Below, piece by piece: positions 18,453 through 29,171 of a stretch of DNA of 64,000 bases. Origin of the DNA: Sphingomonadales bacterium (GTDB lineage Bacteria; Pseudomonadota; Alphaproteobacteria; Sphingomonadales; Sphingomonadaceae); contig JBBQLB010000012.1 of assembly GCA_038327465.1 (NCBI GenBank), forward strand, positions 5,550-69,549. The letters run 5' to 3'. Each line of letters opens with the position of its first letter. Within the stretch, counting starts at the first letter, position 1. The notes beneath the pieces are model-generated. The model was not told where the DNA came from, searched no databases, and was given only the letters and a program-made list of their open reading frames with translations. The translations under genes were made by a program, and so were the position numbers.

Positions 18453-18618
18453 TGTCGACTCGCGCCGTTACGGCGGGGATTTTGCGGGAAAATGCCCCGC
18501 GTCGCGGTCAAGCGCGCGGGATAAGGTCGACATACGAGATGCTTTCTTCGAACACACCGGGAACAATTTGATATGGCGCGACAAAAATCGCCGGAGAATC
18601 TAAGGAATTAAACCGACG

Positions 18619-18653
18619 TCCCCGTCATTCCCCGGCTTTCCCCTTGTATCCCT
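18619..18653. promoter_or_regulatory. Four phased MraZ-type boxes (TCCCC x3, TCCCT; 10-bp period)
   Basis: TCCCC at 18619, 18629, 18639 and TCCCT at 18649 upstream of mraZ; opposite-orientation pair GGGGA/CGGGA at 18475 and 18485. Confidence 0.7.
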
Positions 18654-18774
18654 GCTAAACGACGTGTTAACCCTGCTTTCAACAGGGCAGACTCATCTCG
18701 CCTGCGCGACAGTGCGCTGAGCATCGCAACGGACGCGATTCTCGGGAGGGGAGAGGCTTGCCTGCCAGTGCGGG

Positions 18775-19281
18775 GTGGGCGTGGACGAGCGCAGCGAATA
18801 TCAGGGGGACGGTCTTGGCCTTGTCGATGACAAGGGCCGGGTCGCGATTCCTGCCTCGCTGCGACAGGCGCTCGCCACGAACTCGCCGCGCCCCGATGGC
18901 AAGGATGGCGGCACGATCATCGTCGGTGTCCATCCCAAGCAGACCTGCCTGCGCGCGTACGATCCCGCGTTCGTCAAAATCCTGAAGGCCAGGGTCGAAG
19001 CGCGCGAGACGCAGCATACCGGCGAGGATGGCGAGCCCAATTACAATTTCAAACGGCGCGGCGCGAGCGGCGAGGCGGCTCCGTTCGACGGATCGGGGCG
19101 CTTCATCATGCCGCCCTTTCCGCGCGATTATGCCGGGATCGGCGAGCATGCCTTTTTCTGGGGCACGTTCGACTGGATCGAAATCTGGGACCCGGCGACG
19201 CTGATCGCGGCGACCGATGTCGATCCGGTGATGCAGGCGGCATGCCGCTTCCATTGCAAGCAGAAGGGGATCGCGCTGTGA
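18775..19281 (+). CDS. mraZ: Division/cell wall cluster transcriptional repressor MraZ
   Basis: [11 protein letters not shown] and [10 protein letters not shown] AbrB-like repeats; first gene of the dcw cluster; GTG start 18775 or 18781. Confidence 0.9.
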   Translation: MGVDERSEYQGDGLGLVDDKGRVAIPASLRQALATNSPRPDGKDGGTIIVGVHPKQTCLRAYDPAFVKILKARVEARETQHTGEDGEPNYNFKRRGASGEAAPFDGSGRFIMPPFPRDYAGIGEHAFFWGTFDWIEIWDPATLIAATDVDPVMQAACRFHCKQKGIAL

Positions 19282-20255
19282 TTCTCTCAGAGCTTGCGAA
19301 CGACGCTCCACATGTCCCGGTTCTGCTGGCCGAAGTGCTCGACGCGCTCGCCATTACCCCGGGCGAGCGCCACGTCGACGCGACCTTCGGCGCGGGCGGC
19401 TACACGCAGGCGATGCTAGCGAAGGGCGCGCGCGTGTACGCGTTCGATCGTGACCCGGACGCGATTGCGGCGGGCGCGGCGCTGGTCGCGGCGTCGGACG
19501 GCGCGCTCGCTTTGGTGCCCGCCACCTTCTCGGCGATGGATGCCGAACTCGCCGCGCGCGATGCCGTGCCGGTGCAAGGCGTGACGATGGATATCGGCGT
19601 GTCGTCGATGCAGCTCGACCAGGCCGAGCGGGGTTTTTCGTTCCAGTCGGACGGTCCGCTCGACATGCGGATGAGCCAGGAAGGCATGAGCGCCGCGGAT
19701 TTCGTCAACGAGGCCGACGAAGCGCAGATCGCTTTTGTCATCAAGGAATATGGCGAGGAACCGCGCGCGCGCCGCGTTGCGCAGGCGATCGTCTACAACC
19801 GCCCGATCACGCGCACCGGCGAACTCGCGCGGATCGTGCGCAAAGCGCTCGGCTACAAGCCGCACGACAAGAAAGATCCGGCGACGCGGACCTTTCAGGC
19901 GATCCGCATCCATATCAACCGCGAGCTGGGCGAATTGGCCGATGGTCTGGCGGCAGCGGAGCGTGTGCTCGCCCCCGGCGGCCGGCTGGCGGTGGTAACG
20001 TTCCACAGTTTGGAGGACCGGATGGTCAAGCGGTTCCTGCGTGAACGCAGCGGATCGCTGCCATCGGGATCGCGGCATTTGCCCGAAGTGGCAGCGCAAC
20101 ACGCGCCGAGTTTCGAAGCGGTCGGGCGGGGTGTGCGCGCGGACGAGGACGAGATCGCGCGCAATCCGCGCGCGCGCTCCGCCACGCTGCGCACGGCAAT
20201 TCGGACCGGTGCCGCAGCGTGGCCGGAAAAATCTGTGACAGAGGGAGCGATGTGA
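19278..20255 (+). CDS. rsmH: 16S rRNA m4C1402 methyltransferase RsmH
   Basis: [52 protein letters not shown]. Confidence 0.97.
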   Translation: MILSELANDAPHVPVLLAEVLDALAITPGERHVDATFGAGGYTQAMLAKGARVYAFDRDPDAIAAGAALVAASDGALALVPATFSAMDAELAARDAVPVQGVTMDIGVSSMQLDQAERGFSFQSDGPLDMRMSQEGMSAADFVNEADEAQIAFVIKEYGEEPRARRVAQAIVYNRPITRTGELARIVRKALGYKPHDKKDPATRTFQAIRIHINRELGELADGLAAAERVLAPGGRLAVVTFHSLEDRMVKRFLRERSGSLPSGSRHLPEVAAQHAPSFEAVGRGVRADEDEIARNPRARSATLRTAIRTGAAAWPEKSVTEGAM

Positions 20256-20806
20256 TGCTGAGTCTGGCGTGGAAGAGTCTCGGATGGTTCCTGGCGGGCG
20301 TCGCGGTGGCGCTCGGCTTTCTGCTGGTCCCGCTCCAGGTGGCGGCGGAGCGCAAGAAGCTCGACCGCACGGCGAGCGAAATCCTGCGCGCCAAGCGCGA
20401 CATTCGCGCACTCGAGACCGAATTCGATACGCGCGCCAGCCTGGCGCAGCTCGACAAATGGAACGCCGAATCGCTCGGCATGGTCGCGCCCGCCGCCGAC
20501 CAATTCGTCGCGGATGAAACGGCCCTGGCCGCGATCGAGCCGACCGCTGCTGGTCCGCAAATGGCGTCGTTCGTGCCGGCCGCGCCGGTCAATGCCGGGG
20601 TCAGTCAGGCGCCGGCCGAACCGGCGCCGCGCGATGCCATGGCGGCGGTCGCCCAACCGCAATCGCAACCCGTATCGCAATCGCAGGCGCGCTCCGAAGC
20701 ACGCCCCCGCGCGGCGCTGGCCTTGCTCGACCGCGCGTTGCTCGATGACAGCGTGATCGGCGACTTGCGCAGCGGTGCCCGCGCCGAAATTGCGCCCCAA
20801 CGATGA
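20255..20806 (+). CDS. ftsL: Cell division protein FtsL-like
   Basis: TM helix plus coiled coil (LETEFDTRASLAQL); position between rsmH and ftsI. Confidence 0.75.
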   Translation: MLSLAWKSLGWFLAGVAVALGFLLVPLQVAAERKKLDRTASEILRAKRDIRALETEFDTRASLAQLDKWNAESLGMVAPAADQFVADETALAAIEPTAAGPQMASFVPAAPVNAGVSQAPAEPAPRDAMAAVAQPQSQPVSQSQARSEARPRAALALLDRALLDDSVIGDLRSGARAEIAPQR

Positions 20807-22545
20807 GTACGCTCGTCGCCCGCCCGATCGCCCGCCCGATTCCGGCGCGCCGCTCGACCGATCAGCGTCACGCGCTGGTCGCGGTCGCGCATGTGCGGCT
20901 GATGGTGCTGATGCTGCTGATCATGGCGGGTTTTCTGCTGGTGATCGGGCGGATCGCGTTGCTCGGTCTGCTCGGCACACCTGCCGGTGCCGCGACGCTG
21001 ACGATCAATCCGGTCGTGCGCGGTGACATTCTCGATCGCAACGGCCAGCCGCTCGCGCGCACGATCGAGGCGTGGACGATCGGCGTGCGCCCGCCCGAAT
21101 TGCTCGGCGATCGGCAGGCGTTGTCGGTGCAATTGGCGAACCTGATGCCGACGCACGATGCCGCCTGGTATCTCGACCGCCTCACCATGAAGGGCAAGTT
21201 CACTTACCTCGAAAAGCACGCCTCGCCCGCTTTGGTGAATCAAGTCCACGCGCTGGGCGAGCCGGGCCTCGTCTTCGCGCGCGAGCCCGAGCGGCTGTAT
21301 CCGCAATCGACGCTGGCGGCGCACGCGCTCGGCTATATCGGGCCGACCGCGACCGACCCCAAGATCCTCGGCCGTGCCGGGATCGAGCGCGCGTTCGAGG
21401 TGCGGCTGACCGATCCGCGCCTCCGCGGCCAGCCGATTTCGCTGTCGATCGATTCGCGCGTGCAGGCGGCGATGGAGAGCGAACTCGGCCGCGCGATGGT
21501 CTCGTTCAAAGCGAAGGATGCGACAGGCGTCGTGCTCGACGTGCGCACCGGCGAAGTGATCGCGATGGTGTCGCTGCCTGTGTACAACCCCAACAAATTG
21601 AGCGGCACGAGCATCGATGCGTTGCGCAACAACGTGACGCAATCGGTCTATGAACTGGGTTCGACCTTCAAGCCGATCACGGCGGCAGCGGCGATCGAGA
21701 GCGGCACGGTGACGTCGATGGCGCGGCGCTTCGACGCGACGGTGCCGCTGAAGACGGGGCGCTTCACGATCCATGACGATCGCGGTGACGAACAGAAGCG
21801 CTGGCTCAATATCCCCGAGACGCTGATCTATTCGTCGAACATCGCGACCGCGCGGATCGCCAAGGAGATGGGCAAGGATAAGCTGACCGCGATGTTCACC
21901 GCGATGGGGTTTGGCGAACGCCCCTCGATCGAATTGCGCGAGCGGGCCGGGCCAATCTGGCCGCAACATTGGGGCGACACGACGCTCATGACGACGGCCT
22001 ATGGGCACGGCATCGCGGTGACCCCGCTGCATCTCGCCAATGCCTATGCGACGTTGGTCAATGGCGGCATCTGGCGGCCGACGACGATGCTGAAGGTCGC
22101 GCCCGGCGCGGCACCGGCGGGGCGGCGCGTGCTGTCCGAAGCGACCAGCGCGCGGATGCGGCAATTGCTGCGGATGGTGGTCCTGCTCGGCACCGGCAAA
22201 AAAGGCGAAGCGCCGGGGTACCGCGTTGGGGGCAAGACCGGGACAGCCGAGGTTGCGGGTGCCGGCGGCTATTCGAAAAAAGCCAACGTCTCGACCTTCG
22301 CTGCCGCCTTTCCGATGGATTCGCCGCGTTATGTGGTGGTGGCGATGCTCAATTCGCCCGTTGGCAATGCCGAATCGTTCGGCCTCACCACAGCGGCATG
22401 GACCGCGGCACCGGTCGTCAGCCGCGTCATCGCACGGACCGGATCGCTGCTCGGCGTGATGCCCGATATGAAACGCGATATCGATGTGTCCGAACTGACG
22501 CCGCTGGTGTGGCACGGCGCGGGCGACCGCAAGAGTGCGGAATGA
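20803..22545 (+). CDS. ftsI: Penicillin-binding protein 3 (division transpeptidase)
   Basis: RGDILDRNG, GSTFK (SxxK), SSN (SxN), KTGT. Confidence 0.95.
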   Translation: MSTLVARPIARPIPARRSTDQRHALVAVAHVRLMVLMLLIMAGFLLVIGRIALLGLLGTPAGAATLTINPVVRGDILDRNGQPLARTIEAWTIGVRPPELLGDRQALSVQLANLMPTHDAAWYLDRLTMKGKFTYLEKHASPALVNQVHALGEPGLVFAREPERLYPQSTLAAHALGYIGPTATDPKILGRAGIERAFEVRLTDPRLRGQPISLSIDSRVQAAMESELGRAMVSFKAKDATGVVLDVRTGEVIAMVSLPVYNPNKLSGTSIDALRNNVTQSVYELGSTFKPITAAAAIESGTVTSMARRFDATVPLKTGRFTIHDDRGDEQKRWLNIPETLIYSSNIATARIAKEMGKDKLTAMFTAMGFGERPSIELRERAGPIWPQHWGDTTLMTTAYGHGIAVTPLHLANAYATLVNGGIWRPTTMLKVAPGAAPAGRRVLSEATSARMRQLLRMVVLLGTGKKGEAPGYRVGGKTGTAEVAGAGGYSKKANVSTFAAAFPMDSPRYVVVAMLNSPVGNAESFGLTTAAWTAAPVVSRVIARTGSLLGVMPDMKRDIDVSELTPLVWHGAGDRKSAE

Positions 22546-22552
22546 AACGCAC

Positions 22553-23968
22553 ATGAAACTTGGCGCGCTGACCGGCGGGACTGAAACCGCGACCGTCACC
22601 GGCTTCGCGATCGACCACCGCAAGGTCGCGCCGGGCGTAGTGTTCGGCGCGTTCCAGGGCGCAGTCGTCAATGGCGAGGATTTCGTTGATGCCGCGGTGG
22701 CCGGCGGTGCCATCGCTGTCGTCGCGCGGCCCGAGGTCACGGTCGCGGGTGCGGTGCACATCACCGATGCGGTGCCACGGCGGAAATTTGCCGAGCTTGC
22801 CGCGCGCTTCTTCGCGCCGTTCCCTGCCGTGGCGGTCGCGGTTACAGGAACCAACGGCAAGACCTCTACCGTCGAGATGGTGCGGCAATTGTGGCGGATG
22901 ACGGGGTTCCACGCGGCCTCGATCGGGACGCTTGGCGTCACGACCGGCGACGATCGCGTCTCGACCGGGCTGACCACGCCGGATGTGGTGACGTTCCTGT
23001 CGAACGTCGCTGGCTTGGCGCGCGAGGGTGTCAGCCATGTCGCGTTCGAGGCGTCGAGCCACGGCCTGTCGCAATATCGCACCGAAGGTCTGCGCGTTTC
23101 GGCGGCGGCGTTCACCAATCTCAGCCGCGATCACCTCGATTATCACGGCACGATGGAAGCCTATCTCGACGCGAAACTGCGCCTGTTCAGCGAAGTGCTG
23201 GCGGACGATGGTGTTGCGGTGGTGTGGGCTGACGATGTTGCGTCGGCGCGGGTTGCGCAGATTGCGCGAGGGCGGGGTCTTCGCATGATTTCGGTCGGGA
23301 CAACGGGCGAGACGCTCAAACTGGTGTCGCGCGATCCGACCTTGCTCGGGCAAGGCCTCGCGATCGAGGCGGACGGCAAGACGTACAAAGTGAACCTCCC
23401 GCTGATCGGCGCGTATCAGGCGGCGAATGCCCTGACCGCTGCTGGGCTGGTGATCGCAGGCGGTGGCGATGTCGCCGCGACGCTCGCCAATCTGGCGCGG
23501 TTGCAGCCGGTGCGCGGGCGGCTCGAACGCGCGGTGATCGCCCGCAGTGGCGCGCCGGTCTATGTCGATTATGCGCACACGCCCGATGCGCTGGAGGCGG
23601 CAATCTCCGCCTTGAAACCGCATGCGGCGGGTCGGCTGATCGTGGTGATCGGCGCGGGCGGCGACCGTGACACGGGCAAGCGGCGCGAAATGGGCGCAGT
23701 GGCGGCGGCGATGGCGGATCAGATTATCGTGACCGATGACAATCCCCGTTCCGAAGACCCGGCTACAATCCGCGCGATGGTGCTCGAGGGGGCTCCGCAC
23801 GCGACCGAGATCGGATCGCGCCGCGAAGCGATCGGCGCAGCGATTGCCGGGGCCGGGCCACAGGACATCGTGCTAATCGCGGGCAAGGGGCATGAGCAGG
23901 GGCAGATCGTCGGCGATCTCGTCTTGCCGTTCGACGATGTGAGCGTGGCGCGGGAGATGGCGGCGTGA
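22553..23968 (+). CDS. murE: UDP-MurNAc-dipeptide--DAP ligase
   Basis: GTNGKTS, FTNLSRDHLDYH, DYAHTPD, DNPR (DAP specificity), GKGHE. Confidence 0.97.
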   Translation: MKLGALTGGTETATVTGFAIDHRKVAPGVVFGAFQGAVVNGEDFVDAAVAGGAIAVVARPEVTVAGAVHITDAVPRRKFAELAARFFAPFPAVAVAVTGTNGKTSTVEMVRQLWRMTGFHAASIGTLGVTTGDDRVSTGLTTPDVVTFLSNVAGLAREGVSHVAFEASSHGLSQYRTEGLRVSAAAFTNLSRDHLDYHGTMEAYLDAKLRLFSEVLADDGVAVVWADDVASARVAQIARGRGLRMISVGTTGETLKLVSRDPTLLGQGLAIEADGKTYKVNLPLIGAYQAANALTAAGLVIAGGGDVAATLANLARLQPVRGRLERAVIARSGAPVYVDYAHTPDALEAAISALKPHAAGRLIVVIGAGGDRDTGKRREMGAVAAAMADQIIVTDDNPRSEDPATIRAMVLEGAPHATEIGSRREAIGAAIAGAGPQDIVLIAGKGHEQGQIVGDLVLPFDDVSVAREMAA

Positions 23969-23982
23969 GGGACTCCAATTTT

Positions 23983-24091
23983 CGTCACCCCGGACTTGAT
24001 CCGGGGCCCATGCCGCGGCTTGACGCCTCGCTTGAAATCTCTTGCGCTTCGCTCGCTGCACGATGGGCCCCGGATCAAGTCCGGGGTGACG
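23983..24091. repeat. CGTC-tagged palindromic (REP/RPE-like) element, intergenic
   Basis: Perfect 29-bp inverted repeat CGTCACCCCGGACTTGATCCGGGGCCCAT (23983-24011 / 24063-24091); each arm is itself a hairpin. Confidence 0.9.
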
Positions 24092-24113
24092 GTTGTGTTT
24101 TGGGAGATGGCGA

Positions 24114-25505
24114 ATGACGCCACTTTGGACCTCCGCCGACATCGCCGCCGCAACCGGCGGCACGGCCTCCACGCCGTTCATCGCCACCGGCGTCACCTTC
24201 GACTCCCGCGAAGTTGCACCCGGCGACCTGTTCATCGCGCTGACGGGCGAGGCAACTGACGGGCATCGTTTTCTGGATCAAGCGTTCGACCGTGGTGCCG
24301 CAGGGGCGCTGGTCTCGCAGACCTGCGCGCATCCGCACGTCTTGGTACCCGATACGATGGCCGCGCTCGAAAATCTCGCGCGCGCGGCACGATCGCGGAC
24401 GTCGGCCAAAATCATCGGCGTCACCGGATCGGTCGGCAAAACCGGGACCAAGGAAGCGCTGTTCGCAGCGCTCGACCGTGGCGCGCGGGGCCAAGCGCAT
24501 CGCTCGGTCAAGAGTTACAACAACCATACCGGTGTGCCACTGAGCCTCGCGCGGATGCCGGCCGACACGCTTTTCGGCGTGTTCGAAATGGGGATGAACC
24601 ATGCCGGAGAACTCGCGCATCTGACGACCTTGGTGCGCCCGCACGTCACGATCATCACCACGATCGCCTCAGCGCACCGTGAATTCTTCGATAGCGAGGA
24701 AGCGATTGCCGACGCCAAGAGCGAGATTTTCCAGGGGCTGCAGCCGTTTGAAGGCGGAGCGGGTGGCGTCGCGATCGTGCCGTACGACAACGTGCACCGC
24801 GACCGGCTGATCGCCGCCGCCGCGCCGCATGCCACCCGCATCGTCACCTTTGGGCTCGACCCGGGCGCGGATGTGCGCGCGATCGAAACGATGCGCGCTG
24901 CCACCGGCGGCACCTTCGTCACGGCGGTAGTCGGGCAGCGCGAGTTGAGCTTCACGATCAGCCAGCCGGGGCTGCACTGGGTGTCGAACAGCCTTGCGGT
25001 GCTGGCGGCGGTCGATGCGGTCGGCGGCGATTTGGCGCTCGCTGGCCTGGCGCTCGCCGAACTCGGCGGATTGGCGGGTCGCGGTGCGCGGTTCAGCGTG
25101 GCGGTCGGACCCGGTGAAGCGCTGGTCATCGACGAAAGCTACAACGCCAATCCTTCGTCGATGCGCGCGACGCTGGCGGTGCTCGGCGCGGAGTCGGCCA
25201 ACCGCAAACTCGTCGTGCTGGGCGAAATGCGCGAACTTGGTCAGGACAGCGACGCCTTTCATGCCGCCCTTGCCGAACCGATTCTGGCGGCAGGTGTTCG
25301 GGCCGGCATTTTGGTCGGTGACCATATCGCCGCGCTTGCGAACGCGCTTGAGGGGGAGGGCGATTTCGTCCATGTGCCCGATGCCGCTGCGGCGCGCGTC
25401 AGCCTTTCCGCGATGCTGGCACCGGGCGACGCGGTGCTCATCAAAGGATCGAACGGCGTTGGGTTGGCGGCGGTCGTCGCGGCTTTGCAAGGCGGAACAC
25501 TCTAA
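24114..25505 (+). CDS. murF: UDP-MurNAc-tripeptide--D-Ala-D-Ala ligase
   Basis: [38 protein letters not shown]. Confidence 0.96.
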   Translation: MTPLWTSADIAAATGGTASTPFIATGVTFDSREVAPGDLFIALTGEATDGHRFLDQAFDRGAAGALVSQTCAHPHVLVPDTMAALENLARAARSRTSAKIIGVTGSVGKTGTKEALFAALDRGARGQAHRSVKSYNNHTGVPLSLARMPADTLFGVFEMGMNHAGELAHLTTLVRPHVTIITTIASAHREFFDSEEAIADAKSEIFQGLQPFEGGAGGVAIVPYDNVHRDRLIAAAAPHATRIVTFGLDPGADVRAIETMRAATGGTFVTAVVGQRELSFTISQPGLHWVSNSLAVLAAVDAVGGDLALAGLALAELGGLAGRGARFSVAVGPGEALVIDESYNANPSSMRATLAVLGAESANRKLVVLGEMRELGQDSDAFHAALAEPILAAGVRAGILVGDHIAALANALEGEGDFVHVPDAAAARVSLSAMLAPGDAVLIKGSNGVGLAAVVAALQGGTL

Positions 25506-26575
25506 TGCTTTACCTTCTGGCCGATTATCTGGGTTTTCCGGGCATTTTGAACCTGATCCGGTATCAGAGCTTCCGCACTGGCGCTGCGGTCGCGACGTCG
25601 CTGTTCCTCGGGCTGCTGATCGGCCCGCGCTTCATCGGGTGGCTGCGCGTGCGGCAGGGCAAGGGCCAGCCGATCCGCGCCGATGGCCCGCAATCGCACT
25701 TCGCCAAGCGCGGCACACCGACAATGGGCGGGCTGATGATCCTCACCGCGATGGTGTTTTCGATCCTGTTGTGGATGGATTTGTTGAGCCCCTATGTCTG
25801 GGCCTGCACCTTCGTGACCTTGGGCTTCGGCGCGATCGGCTTCCTCGATGATTTCGACAAGGTGCGCAAAGCGAGCACCGCGGGCGTGTCGAGCCGTTTG
25901 CGGCTGATCGGTGAATTCGCGATCGCCGGGATCGCGGCGACGCTGATCGTGCAGCAAAACGGCACGCATCTGTACCTGCCCTTTTATACCGGGTCGGTGA
26001 TCGATCTCGGCTATTTCTACATCGTTTTCGCCGCCTTCACGATCGTCGCGTTCGGCAATGCGGTGAATTTGACTGATGGGCTGGACGGGCTCGCGACGAT
26101 GCCGGTGATTATCGCCAGCGTCGCGTTCATGCTGATCGTCTATCTGGTCGGGCGCGCCGATTATGCGCATTATCTCGGCATTCCGCACGTGCCGCACGCG
26201 GGCGATCTGGCGATCTTCTGTGGCGCGATCGTGGGGGCGGGGCTCGCCTTCCTGTGGTTCAACGCGCCGCCGGCCGCCGTGTTCATGGGCGATACCGGGA
26301 GCCTCGCGCTTGGCGGTGCGCTCGGCACGATTGCGGTCGTCGCGCATCATGAAATCGTGCTCGGCATCATCGGCGGGCTGTTCGTGGTCGAGGCGGTGAG
26401 CGTCATCGTCCAGGTCTTCTGGTATAAGCGCACCGGGCGCCGCGTGTTCAAGATGGCGCCGATCCACCACCATTTCGAACAGCTCGGCTGGAGCGAACCG
26501 ACCGTGGTGATCCGCTTCTGGATCATCGCGATCGTGCTCGCACTGGCTGGTCTGTCGACGTTGAAACTCAGGTGA
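25505..26575 (+). CDS. mraY: Phospho-MurNAc-pentapeptide transferase
   Basis: [38 protein letters not shown]. Confidence 0.98.
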   Translation: MLYLLADYLGFPGILNLIRYQSFRTGAAVATSLFLGLLIGPRFIGWLRVRQGKGQPIRADGPQSHFAKRGTPTMGGLMILTAMVFSILLWMDLLSPYVWACTFVTLGFGAIGFLDDFDKVRKASTAGVSSRLRLIGEFAIAGIAATLIVQQNGTHLYLPFYTGSVIDLGYFYIVFAAFTIVAFGNAVNLTDGLDGLATMPVIIASVAFMLIVYLVGRADYAHYLGIPHVPHAGDLAIFCGAIVGAGLAFLWFNAPPAAVFMGDTGSLALGGALGTIAVVAHHEIVLGIIGGLFVVEAVSVIVQVFWYKRTGRRVFKMAPIHHHFEQLGWSEPTVVIRFWIIAIVLALAGLSTLKLR

Positions 26576-27936
26576 TCGTGTCGCCAACCTGGGCGGGCAA
26601 GCGCTATGCTGTGCTCGGGTTGGCGCGCTCGGGTGCGGCGAGCGTGCGCGCGCTGGTGGCGGGCGGGGCCGAAGTCACAGCCTGGGATGCTGACGAAAAC
26701 AAGCGAGACGCCATCGCCACCATGTTCTCCGGCGAAGGCCGGAGCCCAGGGTTGCCAAGCGCGTCATCCGAAGCCCTGGGCCCCGGCCTTCGCCGGGGAA
26801 CGGTTGCGCTTGAGGATATCCAAATTCTCGAGATCACCGGTTTCGACGCCCTCATCGTCTCCCCCGGCGTCCCGCTCAATCGTCACCCGGTTGCGGCGAA
26901 GGCGCGCGCGGCGGGGGTCCCGATCATCGGCGACATCGAACTGTTCGCCCAAGCCCGCGCATCCCTACCCCCGCACAAGGTCGTCGGCGTGACGGGCACG
27001 AACGGCAAATCCACCACCGTCTCGCTGATCCACCACATCCTGCAAACCGCCGGCATACCCTCCCGGCTCGGCGGCAATATCGGTCTGCCGATCCTTGAGC
27101 AGGAACCCCTCCCCGAAGGCGGCGTGTACGTGCTCGAACTGTCGAGCTATCAGATCGACCTGACCTTCACCCTCGATTGCGATGTCGCGGTGTTGCTCAA
27201 CATCACGCCCGATCATCTCGACCGCTATGACGGGTTCGAGGCGTACGCTGCGTCCAAAGCCCGGCTGTTTGCGATGCAGTCCAAGGACCACATTGCGATC
27301 ATCGGGATCGGCGACACGCCCTCGGCGCAAATCGCGCGCAGGCTTTCGGCGAAGGGCGAATATCTCACCAAGATCGCGCCCGGCGTGTGCATGGTGCAGC
27401 CGCTGTCGCCGAGCCTGAAAGGACCGCACAATTTGCAAAATGCGCTTGCGGCGATCAACGTCTGCGAGGCGCTGGGTGTGCCGCACGCGGCGATCGATGC
27501 CGGCCTGCTAAGCTTTTCCGGCCTGCCGCACCGGATGGAGCGCGTCGCGACCAAGCACGGCGTTGCGTTCGTCAACGACAGCAAGGCGACCAACCCCGAA
27601 TCGACCGCACCCGCGCTGGCGGCGTTCGAGCGGATCCACTGGATCCTCGGCGGGCAGGCGAAGAGCGACGATCTTGATGCCTGCGCGCCGAGCTTCGGCC
27701 GGGTCGTGCGCGCCTATACGATCGGCGCGTCCGGCGCGAGATTTGCCGAGATTCTGCACGGGAAAGTCCCGGTCGAGGAGAGCGGCGATCTCGCCACAGC
27801 CGTGGCCGCCGCCGCCGCGCATGCGCAGGCCGGGGACACCGTTTTGCTCTCGCCCGCCTGCGCTTCGTTCGACCAGTTCCGTGATTTCGAGGATCGCGGC
27901 GACCAGTTCCGCGCTCTGGTGGAGGCGCTCGCATGA
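26572..27936 (+). CDS. murD: UDP-MurNAc-L-Ala--D-Glu ligase (with in-frame palindromic insert)
   Basis: [46 protein letters not shown]. Confidence 0.96.
   Translation: MIVSPTWAGKRYAVLGLARSGAASVRALVAGGAEVTAWDADENKRDAIATMFSGEGRSPGLPSASSEALGPGLRRGTVALEDIQILEITGFDALIVSPGVPLNRHPVAAKARAAGVPIIGDIELFAQARASLPPHKVVGVTGTNGKSTTVSLIHHILQTAGIPSRLGGNIGLPILEQEPLPEGGVYVLELSSYQIDLTFTLDCDVAVLLNITPDHLDRYDGFEAYAASKARLFAMQSKDHIAIIGIGDTPSAQIARRLSAKGEYLTKIAPGVCMVQPLSPSLKGPHNLQNALAAINVCEALGVPHAAIDAGLLSFSGLPHRMERVATKHGVAFVNDSKATNPESTAPALAAFERIHWILGGQAKSDDLDACAPSFGRVVRAYTIGASGARFAEILHGKVPVEESGDLATAVAAAAAHAQAGDTVLLSPACASFDQFRDFEDRGDQFRALVEALA
26724..26801. repeat. Palindromic element inserted in frame in murD
   Basis: Arms GTTCTCCGGCGAAGGCCGGAGCCCA / TGGGCCCCGGCCTTCGCCGGGGAAC; 78 nt = 26 codons. 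Confidence 0.88.
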
Positions 27937-29171
27937 ACGCCCCCACCCCGAAATTGTGGAAAAGCATGCAGGGGCGCGGCGGTCGCGGTGACCGGTCGGC
28001 GCTGGGCATGTGGTTCTGGGATATCGATCGGATGCTGCTGCTGCTGACGCTGCTGCTCATCGCGGTCGGGCTGATCGCGGTCGGGGCGGCCTCGCCCGCG
28101 GCGGCGACACGCTATTCCGATGGCAAGCATATCGTGCCGCCGCTTTTCTATTTGTGGTGGCAGTTGCTCTGGGTCGGCGTGTCGCTGCCGGTGCTGCTAA
28201 TCGTGTCGATGCTGCCGGTGCCGCTCGCGCGGCGCCTCGCGCTGTTCGGGACGGTTGCGTGCCTGATCCTGCTGATGCTGGTGCCGGTGATCGGGGTGGA
28301 GAAAAATGGCGCGACGCGCTGGCTCAATTTCGGCATTTCGCTGCTGCAACCGTCCGAATTCCTCAAACCCTTCTTCATCGTCACGGTGGCGTGGCTACTG
28401 TCGATGCGCGCGCAGGACGATGCGTTGCCGGTGGTGACGATTACCGGCGGGATGACGGCGCTGGTCGCGGTGCTGCTAATGTTGCAGCCCGATTTCGGGC
28501 AGACCGTGGTGTTCTGCGCGGTATGGATGGCGTTGCTGATGATATCGGGCACGTCGCCCCGGATCATGGTCGGGCTGATCGCCGCCGTTCCCGCCGGATT
28601 GCTCGCCGCCTATCTGTTCTACGGCACGGCGCGCGCGCGGATCAACGCCTTCCTGTTTCCCGAGGCCGAGGGGATTGGTGCAGCCGACCATTTCCAGACC
28701 AATGCCGCACACGACACGATCACGGCGGGTGGCTGGCGCGGGACCGGGCCGGGCGGCGGATCGATGAAGTTCCGCCTGCCCGAGGGGCATACCGATTATA
28801 TCTTTTCGGTGATCGGCGAGGAATTCGGGCTGATCGCCTGCGTCGTCATCGCGATGCTGTTCCTGGCAATCGTGGTGCGGGTGTTCGTCAAATTGCTCGA
28901 CGAACAGGATGAATTCCGCCTGTTCGCCGCCGCTGGCCTCGCCACGCAATTCGGCGTGCAGGCGCTGATTTCGATGGCGGTGAATACCGGCCTTGCCCCG
29001 TCCAAGGGCATGACATTGCCCTTCATCAGCTATGGCGGGTCGTCGCTGATCGCGCTGTCGATCGGCATGGGGTTGCTGTTGGCCTTCACGCGGCGCAATC
29101 CGTTCGTTACGCGCTCCAAATACATTGCGCGCTCGGGGGCGCAATCAGGGGCGCATCGGAGCGGGATATGA
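27933..29171 (+). CDS. ftsW: Peptidoglycan polymerase FtsW
   Basis: NGATRWL, LQPSEFLKP, LQPDFG, PEGHTDYIFSVIGEEFG, KGMTLPFISYGGSS. Confidence 0.97.
   Translation: MNAPTPKLWKSMQGRGGRGDRSALGMWFWDIDRMLLLLTLLLIAVGLIAVGAASPAAATRYSDGKHIVPPLFYLWWQLLWVGVSLPVLLIVSMLPVPLARRLALFGTVACLILLMLVPVIGVEKNGATRWLNFGISLLQPSEFLKPFFIVTVAWLLSMRAQDDALPVVTITGGMTALVAVLLMLQPDFGQTVVFCAVWMALLMISGTSPRIMVGLIAAVPAGLLAAYLFYGTARARINAFLFPEAEGIGAADHFQTNAAHDTITAGGWRGTGPGGGSMKFRLPEGHTDYIFSVIGEEFGLIACVVIAMLFLAIVVRVFVKLLDEQDEFRLFAAAGLATQFGVQALISMAVNTGLAPSKGMTLPFISYGGSSLIALSIGMGLLLAFTRRNPFVTRSKYIARSGAQSGAHRSGI

Noticed and set aside
20605-23118. Very long antisense/alternate-frame ORFs (also 4923-6572, 29911-31578, 36118-37794, 37922-39637, 46023-47735, 56969-59416)
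   Set aside because: They shadow well-supported genes, have no recognisable motifs, and are expected from stop-codon scarcity in GC-rich DNA.
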